The notes under the pieces are model-generated. The model was given only the letters and a program-made list of their open reading frames with translations. It searched no databases and was not told the origin of the DNA. From positions 194,860 through 258,859 of the IMG/VR virus record IMGVR_UViG_3300032562_000003: a DNA stretch of 64,000 nucleotides; one strand, written 5' to 3'. The translations under genes were made by a program, and so were the position numbers. Position 1 is the first letter of the stretch; each line of letters opens with the position of its first letter. Of this stretch, positions 25,858 to 35,382 are shown one piece after another.

Positions 25858-27717
25858 ATGGCCACAGATTCAGAATCCTTTAACCGCGATTTGTACGACT
25901 TACTTAAAGTGAGAGGGTATAAACCTGTACCGCTCGATTCAAAAAACCAACGTGTTCCTGCATCGCAAAGTGCAGATGTTATGGAATTTACGTTTGTCAA
26001 GGATGACAAAGAGTATGGTAAAGCTTGGGTAAGTATCGATGATGTACAAAATGTCATTGTGTATTATGATAGTGAACAACAAGATAGTCCCAATAATATA
26101 ACACCGGGAGTCGAATACGATGATACCTGGACAGGGTTCTTAAAGAACCTTAAGACATGGGCACAACGTAGACAGCTTAGCTTCGAATTATCAAACAAAG
26201 ATCGCTTGGGCGACGACATGAGACAACGGGAATATTACAAGATGAAAGAAAAAGTTTCAGAAGGCTACTACCCGATGGGTAAGAAGGCCAGCTACAATGA
26301 CGCAGTACCAAACGTAAAGATCATCCTACAGCACAATCGCAATATCGAAGAAGGTGAACAGCGCTATCGCAACGTCGCTCGCATCTATCTAGAAAACGTC
26401 GATGGCGAAAGATTCTTAGCACCTACAAACAAGCCAGGTGTCGCACGAGTGTATGCACGTCATATTGCTGAAGGTGGTCTGCCTAATGATGAGCGCTGGA
26501 ACCACATCAAGGGACTATGCGAAGAATACAACAAGATGGCAGGCTTTGTGAGAGCTACCCGTAATAAGCAATTTAACGAATCAGCACAAGCTTTAGTTAA
26601 TGAGGGCTTAAATCATTATAATAAGTTGCGCGAAAACCTAAACAAAATGACTGGTCATCGCGGATACACTGCATATTTCGAATCATGGACTCCTACTCTT
26701 ATGGAAAACGAAAACGATTCGTCTTCTATAAATGAACTTTTCGTACAAGAAACTACTGACCCTCGCATCGAATCAGTAATGCCTATCCTTGCTCGCCTTC
26801 AGAAGAAGGTAAATGAAATGAGCGAAGTCAACGAACTAGCAGAGTGGGCTGATGGAATCGCTAACGAGCATCTGGAAGAAGTTTCTGATCCGTACAAGAA
26901 AGACGAAATGAAAGATTTCAAGACCCAACAGCGTCAAGGATTAAAATCAACCAATCCGGATCTCAAAAATGTAGAGGATTTGGATGATATTGAAGAAGCT
27001 ACTGGTACTGAAAAGATGTTAAGAAAGATACCAGGATTCAAGAGATATCAAGCTGGTGAAAAGTCTAAAGACAATAAAACTCTTGCTAATTTAATGTTAC
27101 ACGGAGAAATAGAAGGTGATTCTGCGACTGATCCTAAGGACATTAATTTAGGTAAGTCTGCGGCCCGTGCGGCACAAAGATTTGACAAAATCGCTAAAGG
27201 TAAAAAGCCATTCAGTAATGAAGAAGTAGAAGAAGCTTTAGAACCTTGGATGGGTAAGGACCTTGATACGCCTGCTTACCTTCGTAAGAAGAAGTATGAC
27301 GATGCAAAGAAGGACGCAGAATTGGGCGGACCAAAACTTCGTAGAGTTAAGGACAATCCAGAAGAAGTAAAAGAAACTGCTTACGAAAAGGATCTAGCAG
27401 ATCACGAACCTAGAAAGGTTTCTGGAGTTTATGGTGCAAAGTCTAAGTCCTTTAACAAGAAGTTTAAAAATCAAGCGGCACAAGACAAGTTTTTTGATCA
27501 TCCAGATAACGAGGGCAACTACGAAATCCACTACGTGTCCAAAGTAGATGAAACGGTTGAAGAAGACTTAGATGCAAATCAAAAGCGCGCCGGACAACTT
27601 GGACCTACAGAAAAGGTCAAGAATAATAATATTGGCAAACTAGTAGGCGCAAATGAATCGACTGAATTCCCAGAAGAATTACAGCGTATTATGGACATTG
27701 CCCGTTTTAGACTATAA
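25858..27717 (+). CDS. Large hypothetical late protein with acidic modular C-terminal half
   Basis: 619-aa ORF after TAAATA at 25847; many [LIV]xE sites between short modules. Confidence 0.65.
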   Translation: MATDSESFNRDLYDLLKVRGYKPVPLDSKNQRVPASQSADVMEFTFVKDDKEYGKAWVSIDDVQNVIVYYDSEQQDSPNNITPGVEYDDTWTGFLKNLKTWAQRRQLSFELSNKDRLGDDMRQREYYKMKEKVSEGYYPMGKKASYNDAVPNVKIILQHNRNIEEGEQRYRNVARIYLENVDGERFLAPTNKPGVARVYARHIAEGGLPNDERWNHIKGLCEEYNKMAGFVRATRNKQFNESAQALVNEGLNHYNKLRENLNKMTGHRGYTAYFESWTPTLMENENDSSSINELFVQETTDPRIESVMPILARLQKKVNEMSEVNELAEWADGIANEHLEEVSDPYKKDEMKDFKTQQRQGLKSTNPDLKNVEDLDDIEEATGTEKMLRKIPGFKRYQAGEKSKDNKTLANLMLHGEIEGDSATDPKDINLGKSAARAAQRFDKIAKGKKPFSNEEVEEALEPWMGKDLDTPAYLRKKKYDDAKKDAELGGPKLRRVKDNPEEVKETAYEKDLADHEPRKVSGVYGAKSKSFNKKFKNQAAQDKFFDHPDNEGNYEIHYVSKVDETVEEDLDANQKRAGQLGPTEKVKNNNIGKLVGANESTEFPEELQRIMDIARFRL

Positions 27718-27754
27718 CGCAATAAACTATTATATTACTTACCCATTACTGGGG

Positions 27755-27791
27755 TAAATACATTGACATCTGATGAAGTATACGTTATATT
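27755..27791 (+). promoter_or_regulatory. Tandem late and sigma70-like promoters for the SSB gene
   Basis: TAAATA at 27755. TTGACA (27763), 17-nt spacer, TATATT (27786). Confidence 0.65.
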
Positions 27792-27875
27792 TCATCATAT
27801 GTTAGTTGTCTCCAAACAACGACATTAAAACATACTCAGGCTCAACTTAGGCACATTTAAAAGGAGAAAATAAAA

Positions 27876-28856
27876 ATGGCTAGTCTAGCAGAAATCCGTG
27901 CGCGGTTAACGGCACAAGAAAATCGCAGTCAGACCAAGGCTTCTGGCACTCAATCAGATAACGCAATCTATCCTTTCTGGAATATTGACGAAGGAGCAAC
28001 TGCTTCTATTCGTCTGTTGCCAGACGGCAATCCTACTAACGAATTCTTTTGGGTAGAACGTCAAGTTATCAAGCTTCCGTTCAATGGCGTTAAGGGTGAT
28101 TCCAACATGAAGCAAGTTACTGTACAAGTTCCTTGCGTCGAGATGTATGGCGATAATTGCCCGGTTCTCGCAGAAGTTCGTCCGTGGTACAAAGACGACA
28201 CTCTTAAGGACCTTGCTAACAAGTATTGGAAGAAGCGTTCATATCTTTATCAAGGCTTTGTTCGCCAAAATCCACTAGGTGATGATCAAACTCCAGCGAA
28301 CCCAATTCGTCGCTTCATCATCTCCCCGCAAATTCAGACTATTATCAAGGCATCTTTGATGGATCCGGAACTTGATGAATTGCCAACCGACTACGTTCAC
28401 GGTCTTGACTTCAACATCAAGAAGACTTCTAAGGGCGGTTATGCAGACTATTCAACTTCCACTTGGTCTCGTAAGGAGTCACCGCTTACGGAAGCCGAGC
28501 AAGCAGCGATTGATTCGTTTGGGTTGTACAATCTCGCTGACTTCTTGCCAAAGAAGCCAAGCGAAGCCGAACTTCGGGTCATTAAGGAGATGTTTGAAGC
28601 ATCAGTTGATGGACGCCCGTATGACACTGATAAGTGGGGCGCATATTATCGTCCGTATGGCATTGAAGCTCCGTCCAGCACCGCACAAGCACAAACTGCT
28701 TCTGCTGCACCTAGTGCACCGACTACGGTAGCATCTGCGCCAATCGATGAGCCTCCTTTCGAAGTAGATCAACCAATCGTTGTTCCTACTGCACCAACGA
28801 GCGATAAGGCACAGGACATTCTAAAGATGATCCGCGAAAGACAGAATAAGGCCTAA
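27876..28856 (+). CDS. Single-stranded DNA-binding protein (T4 gp32-like)
   Basis: IRLLPDGN, VPCVEMYGDNCPV, YWKKRSY, GYADYSTS and a low-complexity tail. Upstream of uvsX. Confidence 0.85.
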   Translation: MASLAEIRARLTAQENRSQTKASGTQSDNAIYPFWNIDEGATASIRLLPDGNPTNEFFWVERQVIKLPFNGVKGDSNMKQVTVQVPCVEMYGDNCPVLAEVRPWYKDDTLKDLANKYWKKRSYLYQGFVRQNPLGDDQTPANPIRRFIISPQIQTIIKASLMDPELDELPTDYVHGLDFNIKKTSKGGYADYSTSTWSRKESPLTEAEQAAIDSFGLYNLADFLPKKPSEAELRVIKEMFEASVDGRPYDTDKWGAYYRPYGIEAPSSTAQAQTASAAPSAPTTVASAPIDEPPFEVDQPIVVPTAPTSDKAQDILKMIRERQNKA

Positions 28857-28861
28857 TTAGG

Positions 28862-28887
28862 TTTGGGGAGGAGAAATCCTCCCCAAA
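28862..28887 (+). terminator. 11-bp GAAA-tetraloop hairpin (terminator or stabilising stem)
   Basis: TTTGGGGAGGA-GAAA-TCCTCCCCAAA; lacks a clear U-tract. Confidence 0.6.
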
Positions 28888-28908
28888 ATTCTGGCTAAGG
28901 AGAATACC

Positions 28909-29139
28909 ATGACCAATTCAGATGATAGATACCGTGCAATAAAGCAAGGTAAAAAACTGTTGGAGGAACTGTGTGATCCAGGCAAAACTCCAAGAGTTCC
29001 GAGTATAGTAAGAGACCGGGCGCGGAGCGTACTAAGACATTTTCCGAATGACTATGAATTAGACCAAATCGCAGTGAATAGTCCCGAATTACTCGAAAAA
29101 TTATCAGTTAATGATAAGATGAAACAGATTGTAAGATAG
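28909..29139 (+). CDS. Hypothetical protein
   Basis: 76-aa ORF with AAGGAG RBS. Confidence 0.6.
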   Translation: MTNSDDRYRAIKQGKKLLEELCDPGKTPRVPSIVRDRARSVLRHFPNDYELDQIAVNSPELLEKLSVNDKMKQIVR

Positions 29140-29148
29140 GATATATAC

Positions 29149-30222
29149 TTGACAACTAAACCTTTCGACCTCAGCAAGTTCCGTAAAGACATTACTAAGG
29201 CCATCGATGGTCTCAGCATTGGATTTAATGATCCCACTGATTGGATCAGCACAGGAAACTATGCACTTAACTACCGCATCAGCAGCGAATTTGACAAGGG
29301 AATTCCTCTTGGAAAAGTAACCGTATTTGCTGGTGAATCAGGAGCCGGCAAATCATATATTTGTTCCGGAAATATTGTACGACATGCCCAAGAACAGGGC
29401 ATTTACGTAGTTCTAATTGATAGCGAAAACGCACTAGACGAATCATGGCTACAGGCACTTGGTGTAGACACTAGTGCAGAAAAGCTACTAAAGCTTAATA
29501 TGGCAATGATTGATGATGTTGCAAAGACGATCAGCGAGTTCATGAAGGGCTATAAGGGAATGAGCGAAACGGATCGCCCTAAGGTTCTTTTCGTTATCGA
29601 CTCACTTGGTATGTTGCTTACTCCTACTGATGTAAATCAGTTTGAGGCAGGCGATATGAAGGGTGATATGGGTCGTAAGCCTAAGGCTCTTACATCTTTG
29701 GTACGTAATTGTGTTAACATGTTCGGTTCATGTAATGTAGGATTAGTGGCCACAAATCACACATATGCATCACAAGATATGTTTGATCCTGATGACAAGA
29801 TTTCAGGTGGACAAGGCTTTATCTATGCGTCTTCTATCGTAGTTGCGATGAAGAAGCTAAAGCTTAAAGAGGACGAGGACGGAAACAAGATTTCACAAGT
29901 GCGTGGCATTCGTGCAGCTTGTAAGGTCATGAAAACTCGTTATGCAAAGCCTTTTGAAAACGTACAAGTTAAGATTCCGTATGACACAGGAATGAGTCCG
30001 TATTCGGGATTAACTGAGATGTTTGAAGGTATGGAGATTTTCAAGAAAGAAGGAAACTCTCTCGTCTACACTAAGCTTGACGGGTCTATCATTAAGAAGT
30101 TCCGAAAGGGATGGGAACGAAATGATGACGGTTGCCTAGATACTGTTATGGAAGAATTCCACAAAAGGGCAGATACTGCACTAAGTACTGTCGCTAGCGA
30201 GGAAGAGGAAGTAGCAGAATGA
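29149..30222 (+). CDS. uvsX: RecA-like recombinase (T4 UvsX-like)
   Basis: FAGESGAGKS, IDSENA, VIDSLGML, TNHTY and SGGQG. TTG start. Confidence 0.92.
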   Translation: MTTKPFDLSKFRKDITKAIDGLSIGFNDPTDWISTGNYALNYRISSEFDKGIPLGKVTVFAGESGAGKSYICSGNIVRHAQEQGIYVVLIDSENALDESWLQALGVDTSAEKLLKLNMAMIDDVAKTISEFMKGYKGMSETDRPKVLFVIDSLGMLLTPTDVNQFEAGDMKGDMGRKPKALTSLVRNCVNMFGSCNVGLVATNHTYASQDMFDPDDKISGGQGFIYASSIVVAMKKLKLKEDEDGNKISQVRGIRAACKVMKTRYAKPFENVQVKIPYDTGMSPYSGLTEMFEGMEIFKKEGNSLVYTKLDGSIIKKFRKGWERNDDGCLDTVMEEFHKRADTALSTVASEEEEVAE

Positions 30223-30500
30223 GCAACTTAAGTTTGGTTAATGAAATTTGGAAGGTACTTAGACCTAATATTGAAGCAGGTGACATTAGTACTGCCGCAG
30301 AAGTGTTGGTCAATTATCTAGTTGATGAAGACTACTCTCCTAATGAAATTAAGCAAGCATTTCGAGGAGACTCGGACATTAAGGATGCACTGTCTTTCTA
30401 TCTAGAAACCCCAGAAGATGGCTTATATCATCAAGTTAAAGAAGAATTATTTTACGATGAGTACTATGACGATGAAGATGGGTATGACGAGGACTACTGA
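30219..30500 (+). CDS. Hypothetical acidic protein
   Basis: 93-aa ORF coupled between uvsX and uvsY. Confidence 0.6.
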   Translation: MSNLSLVNEIWKVLRPNIEAGDISTAAEVLVNYLVDEDYSPNEIKQAFRGDSDIKDALSFYLETPEDGLYHQVKEELFYDEYYDDEDGYDEDY

Positions 30501-30958
30501 TGTCCTGGTATAGCCGAATTACCGGCGATCTATCCGTTCTCCCTGACTTCATCTCTCATTACGAGAATGAGCTAGTCTCTGCCAAACAAGATGTTAAGGT
30601 GTATGGCAATGTAGAGAAAAACATTGCCGCACTTCCTGGAATAACTGAGTACCGTTTCAACCAACTCCAAGAAATCGAAGCGGTACTCAATTTTCTAAAC
30701 ATCCAGCTTCGCAAGATTCGTAGAAAACACTTTCAAAAATATCTTGAAGGTTATGCTCGTGCGTTAACGTCACGGGACGCAGAGAAGTATGTTGACGGTG
30801 AACAAGAAGTCATCGATTTTGAAGTTCTCATAAATGAAGTTGCACTACTTCGCAACAAATGGTTGGGCGTGCTTAAAGCAATCGAATCTAAAAACTTCAT
30901 GCTGGGTCATGTGGTGCGTCTACGTACCGCAGGCATGGAAGACATTAGCATTGGGTAA
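30500..30958 (+). CDS. uvsY: Recombination mediator (UvsY-like)
   Basis: Helical protein with DAEKYVDGE and a ...LRTAGMEDI C-terminus, positioned after uvsX. Confidence 0.72.
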   Translation: MSWYSRITGDLSVLPDFISHYENELVSAKQDVKVYGNVEKNIAALPGITEYRFNQLQEIEAVLNFLNIQLRKIRRKHFQKYLEGYARALTSRDAEKYVDGEQEVIDFEVLINEVALLRNKWLGVLKAIESKNFMLGHVVRLRTAGMEDISIG

Positions 30959-31019
30959 CAAGTTTATTGTATTAATGTAACAAGTATTCTATTATAAGAA
31001 TAATAAGGAAATCAAAAAG

Positions 31020-31775
31020 ATGCACCCAGCATTCACTTCTCTAGATGATACTAACGAAGATGATGACTTCTTCGCTTCGTTAACCGCAACTACACAAGCA
31101 AAGCAATCTGCGGAAATGTTTACTACAAAAGAAGACGTTTTGGTTCTTAGTTGTGTATTGTATAGATTAAAAACAACCGCTACCACTGAAGAAGACAAAA
31201 ATTATTGGAACGCATTTGGTCTACTTTCTGTACCCACAGACAAAATTACACAAGACGATAGAATACTAGCAGACCACGTTCGTTCTTATTTTAATAGTAA
31301 GTTAGTATTGGCTAGAATACGAGGTGAATCTCTATCTAAGTACAGAACTGATCTATCTAAATTTTTAAATACAGCTTATTCTATCGCTGACGGATACATG
31401 TATCCTATTAACTTTGCCGGATTGATATACAAGCTTCCTTACTTTCATGAATATGATCAGGGTTTGTATGAAGTATTTGGCGGCGACTATTACAATCTTC
31501 GTGGACCTGGTAATCGATTAAGTGGCAACAAAACTCTGACATTTATCAAGCGATTGGATCCTCATCGTAGACTGCTTGCGGTTGAAGATTTTTGGTTTTC
31601 GGACGAACACGGTAACCGAATATTGCTAACGATTGACAAGAAGAATCCACTCACTCCATTGTTCGAAACTGTTCTTAATCATAAGGTCAAGATTGAGGCA
31701 AATTATGATCCTCGTCATAAGGACACCCTCAATTTTTATCAAGCTAACTCTTGGAAATTCGTTTCGGTCGATTAA
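31020..31775 (+). CDS. Hypothetical protein
   Basis: 251-aa ORF. Confidence 0.6.
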   Translation: MHPAFTSLDDTNEDDDFFASLTATTQAKQSAEMFTTKEDVLVLSCVLYRLKTTATTEEDKNYWNAFGLLSVPTDKITQDDRILADHVRSYFNSKLVLARIRGESLSKYRTDLSKFLNTAYSIADGYMYPINFAGLIYKLPYFHEYDQGLYEVFGGDYYNLRGPGNRLSGNKTLTFIKRLDPHRRLLAVEDFWFSDEHGNRILLTIDKKNPLTPLFETVLNHKVKIEANYDPRHKDTLNFYQANSWKFVSVD

Positions 31776-31781
31776 TTTTGG

Positions 31782-31810
31782 TTGACACCGCATAACTCTG
31801 TTGCTATGAT
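31782..31810 (+). promoter_or_regulatory. sigma70-like promoter
   Basis: TTGACA, 17-nt spacer ending TGC, TATGAT. Confidence 0.75.
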
Positions 31811-31835
31811 TTAAAGATAGCAAAGGAGCTACGAC

Positions 31836-32042
31836 ATGGGCTACAAGAATCTTCCTGAACGTGATGCTAAATGGCAACCGCGTAAGGGCCTTGAAGGTCC
31901 GTTCGTGTATCCTAATGGTCGGGTGATCTACTACGATCCTAAGGAAGGTGCTTATTGGGATCCGACGACTGATTTTTATCTGTCATATGAGGAATCGTCC
32001 TCGCTACAAAATTCTGTCTTTGACATTATTCGTGGAAAATAA
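31836..32042 (+). CDS. Small hypothetical protein
   Basis: AAGGAG RBS; LEGPFVYPNGRVIYYDPKEGAYWDP. Confidence 0.65.
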   Translation: MGYKNLPERDAKWQPRKGLEGPFVYPNGRVIYYDPKEGAYWDPTTDFYLSYEESSSLQNSVFDIIRGK

Positions 32043-32043
32043 A

Positions 32044-32199
32044 ATGACGTTCGAAGAATGGTGGCAACAGGTACACCTGCCGAGTTATGCGTATTCAAAC
32101 ATTACCGATGAAGAATTAGATGCTGCGCAATCGGCAGCACGATCTGCATGGGAAGCCGCATATGATTTTGGTTATGATCAAGGCCGAATAAATAATTGA
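32044..32199 (+). CDS. Small hypothetical protein
   Basis: MTFEEWWQQ...; starts 1 nt after the previous stop. Confidence 0.5.
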   Translation: MTFEEWWQQVHLPSYAYSNITDEELDAAQSAARSAWEAAYDFGYDQGRINN

Positions 32200-32234
32200 G
32201 CACGATCAATGGTGCATGAAAGGGTTGATTTAAA

Positions 32235-33440
32235 GTGAATTACGAATTCCCTGTAATTAAGAATATCTCAGAGGTGCTTCCTGCGATTAAGGATGCTCCT
32301 GAGTTCGTTGTGGCTGAGCGTGACGGCTATACCGTCATCAACTACAACGTAATGATGTCAGATACCTTTCCCACCATTAACGTCGCTGGCGGTTCTGCTA
32401 AGATGCGTGCAGAACGCTCTTTGCACAATATGCTGCGGCGTGAGTGTCGCGGTATCATCTTCTGTTCGAAGACCGGAGACCTTCTGCGGCGTCCCCTGCA
32501 TAAATTTTTCAATGTCAACGAAAGAGAAGAAACCCAAGACCATGTTTTGGATCTGTCTCGTCCGCACGTTATTCTTGAAAAGCTTGACGGCTCTATGCTA
32601 GTTCCTTTCATGCTCAACGACGAAGTTCGTTGGGGTACTAAGATGGGTCTGACTGACGTTGCTGCTCCTGTTGAGGAATTCGTTAAAAATAATCCTAAGT
32701 ACGAGGAATTCGCTCGCGTTTATCTAACTCAATCTTTCATCACCCCTATCTTTGAATGGTGTTCGCGTAAGCAACGCATCGTCATCGATTACGGGAGCAA
32801 AGATCACTTAGTCCTTATCGCTCTCCGTTTTAATGACACAGGTGAGTATGTTAAGTATGATAAAATGACCTTTATTGCTAAGAACTGGAATCTCCCAGTC
32901 GTAAAGGCTTTCGAGCCTGCTACGGATATGAATGAATTTATGGCTTATGTTGCTGGTCTGAAAGATATGGAAGGCTTTGTGATTCGTTTCGATGACGGTC
33001 ACATGGTTAAGGCTAAGTGTGACTGGTACGTTCAAATTCATAAGGCTAAGGAAGCCATTCTGCAAGATCGTAATATCGTGGAAATGATCCTGAGCAACAC
33101 CCTCGATGATGTTAAGGCTCATCTTCTTACTGAAGATCGAGTTCGCCTGGAAGAATTTGAGGATAAGGTTGTCACTCGCATCAAGTATCTGGCTCGTGAA
33201 CTGCATGACAATGTGGCTCATATTCGTGCCCGAAACGTTGATCGTAAGAACTTTGCGCTGAACGAATCTCAAAATTTTGATTCGCTCATGAAAGCAGCGA
33301 TCTTCTCGCTGTTTGACTGTTGTACTATTGAGTCTGCCCAGGAACATATTACTAAAACTGTGGCTATCAAACTGTCGAGCAACAAGAGCTATGACCTGAT
33401 TAAGGACGTTTGGTTTAAAGGAATTAAACATAATGACTAA
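32235..33440 (+). CDS. rnlA: RNA ligase 1 (T4 RnlA family)
   Basis: RECRGIIF, LHKFFNVNE, EKLDGS (motif I), EGFVI (motif IV) and VKAKCDWY (motif V). Confidence 0.9.
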   Translation: MNYEFPVIKNISEVLPAIKDAPEFVVAERDGYTVINYNVMMSDTFPTINVAGGSAKMRAERSLHNMLRRECRGIIFCSKTGDLLRRPLHKFFNVNEREETQDHVLDLSRPHVILEKLDGSMLVPFMLNDEVRWGTKMGLTDVAAPVEEFVKNNPKYEEFARVYLTQSFITPIFEWCSRKQRIVIDYGSKDHLVLIALRFNDTGEYVKYDKMTFIAKNWNLPVVKAFEPATDMNEFMAYVAGLKDMEGFVIRFDDGHMVKAKCDWYVQIHKAKEAILQDRNIVEMILSNTLDDVKAHLLTEDRVRLEEFEDKVVTRIKYLARELHDNVAHIRARNVDRKNFALNESQNFDSLMKAAIFSLFDCCTIESAQEHITKTVAIKLSSNKSYDLIKDVWFKGIKHND

Positions 33441-33715
33441 GCAATATCGACTAAGAGAAATATTCAATTACAATACCACTGGACCTACATACTTTGTTGT
33501 AGAAGAAAAGAAGCTTTTTGTCTGGAAGAATGTATATGGTGACGCTTGTTCTTTATCTGTATTGTGGCCGCGATTCCTTTCCGTATGATGAAGCCAAACA
33601 AAGGCTAGAAAATTGTATCGAACAAGCAGCACTAGACGAAGAAGCCAGTAACCGGTATAAGGCATTTAAGCCTCGTATTCTGACTCCGCCTCTACCGGAC
33701 AAGGAACCGGAATAA
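33433..33715 (+). CDS. Hypothetical protein, possibly frame-broken
   Basis: ORF MTKQYRLRE... (33433-33588) overlaps a +1-frame ORF ending at 33715. Confidence 0.35.
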
Positions 33716-33775
33716 TTTTGGTTGATACCTTGCGTCATTCAGTGCATAATGCACTTTGTAATGAAGGATAAATAC

Positions 33776-34243
33776 ATGCCTAAGTGTAACATTCTCGTCG
33801 GTCTTCCCGCTAGTGGCAAGAGCACCTTTTTGGAAAAGGTGCAGGCTCGTAATGTCGCGTCTTCGGACAATATCATCGACCAAATTGCTAAGGAACGAGG
33901 TTCCACGTACAACGAGGTCTTTGCTGACGCTATGAGCATCGCTGATGCCCAGTTTTGGAAGCAAATCAAAGCGTACTGCGAAGCCGGTGAGGACTTTGAT
34001 GTTGATCGTACTAACATGTCGGTCAAGAGCCGTAAGCGCATCATTGACATTCTCAAGCCCTATGGCTACACTATCGACGCTATCGTGTTTGAGAAGCCCG
34101 ACGACGCTGAATGGAATCGCCGCCTGAATTCTCGTATCGGTAAGACTATTCCGAAACACGTTCTGACTCTTATGGAACAGAATTTTGTCATGCCCACTGA
34201 GGCCGAAGGATTTTCTGAGATTCGAGTGTACGCTGCGAGTTGA
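33776..34243 (+). CDS. P-loop kinase (Pnk kinase-domain/AAA_33-like)
   Basis: LVGLPASGKST, SSD, DRTNMSVKSR and RLNSR. No phosphatase domain. Confidence 0.8.
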   Translation: MPKCNILVGLPASGKSTFLEKVQARNVASSDNIIDQIAKERGSTYNEVFADAMSIADAQFWKQIKAYCEAGEDFDVDRTNMSVKSRKRIIDILKPYGYTIDAIVFEKPDDAEWNRRLNSRIGKTIPKHVLTLMEQNFVMPTEAEGFSEIRVYAAS

Positions 34244-34268
34244 CAGCAGCAAAATGTTCTGTTATATT
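34240..34268 (+). promoter_or_regulatory. sigma70-like promoter
   Basis: TTGACA, 17-nt spacer ending TGT, TATATT. Confidence 0.72.
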
Positions 34269-34299
34269 GAAATATAAAACAATCGACAAAGGATAACGC

Positions 34300-35310
34300 A
34301 TGTCTCGAATTTTGATCAAGAGAGGTGAATACCGTAACCAGCCGGTCGTCAACACTCATTTCACTTTGGTGAAGGGTTTTCAAATCGGAAAAAAGGGCAG
34401 CTACGTCACCGTAAAGAATGACGGGCACTTCTCTGTTGCTATCGACACCATCAAAATTAAGGTAAATTATATCTCTGACATTGAGTTTGTTGATGGTGAA
34501 CCAGTAGAAGCCGCTCCGGCGGAAATCGAGACCGACGAACAGGCGATGGATCGCATTGCTGCTCGATTTAAGATCCTTGACGAAATGTCTGCTGCGTGTA
34601 TTAACGGTGACATTCGTGCGATGATCGTGTCTGGTCCACCTGGCGTAGGCAAGTCACACGGTGTTGAAATGCAACTTGAGCGGGCTTCTATGTTCGACAA
34701 GATCGCTGGAAATCGCATTAAGCATACTGTGGTTAAGGGTGCTATGACTGCGCTGGGTCTTTACGCCCAGCTATACAAGTACAGTGACAAGAAAAATGTG
34801 CTAGTATTTGATGACTGCGACAGCGTGTTCGGTGATGAATTGTCACTGAACATTCTGAAGGCGGCGCTGGATTCTGGACGTCATCGAAAGATTTGTTGGA
34901 ATTCGGATTCTCGTCTGCTTCGTGATGAAGGCATTCCGAATTCCTTTAACTTCAACGGGTCTGCTATCTTTATCACTAACCTTAAGTTTGACAGCGTGAA
35001 GTCTAAGCGTATGCAAGATCACCTTGAAGCGCTGGAATCTCGTTGTCACTTCTTGGATCTGACTATCGATTCTCAGCGTGACAAAATGTTGCGCATTCGG
35101 CAAGTGGATCGTGATGTTGAAAATGGTCTGTTTGGTAGCTACAACTTTGCTGATGATCAAGGCGCCGAGATTTTCAAGTTTATGGAAGATAACGAGTTGA
35201 AGCTAAGAGAACTGTCCATTCGAATGGCGCTCAAAATCGCTGATCTAGTTAAGATTTCTCCCAACAACTGGAAATCTCTTGCGCTGAGCACTTGTACTAA
35301 GCGTAATTAA
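34300..35310 (+). CDS. P-loop (AAA+-like) ATPase of unknown function
   Basis: VSGPPGVGKS, LVFDDCD, FITN and ALESR. Confidence 0.75.
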   Translation: MSRILIKRGEYRNQPVVNTHFTLVKGFQIGKKGSYVTVKNDGHFSVAIDTIKIKVNYISDIEFVDGEPVEAAPAEIETDEQAMDRIAARFKILDEMSAACINGDIRAMIVSGPPGVGKSHGVEMQLERASMFDKIAGNRIKHTVVKGAMTALGLYAQLYKYSDKKNVLVFDDCDSVFGDELSLNILKAALDSGRHRKICWNSDSRLLRDEGIPNSFNFNGSAIFITNLKFDSVKSKRMQDHLEALESRCHFLDLTIDSQRDKMLRIRQVDRDVENGLFGSYNFADDQGAEIFKFMEDNELKLRELSIRMALKIADLVKISPNNWKSLALSTCTKRN

Positions 35311-35333
35311 CAAAAACTGAATTTTAGTGAATT

Positions 35334-35380
35334 AAAATCCCTTTGCCTTACATTATTTATGCATGACAAAGGGATTTTTT
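35334..35380 (+). terminator. Rho-independent terminator
   Basis: AAAATCCCTTTG/CAAAGGGATTTT stem ending in a T-run; large loop. Confidence 0.6.
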
Positions 35381-35382
35381 AA

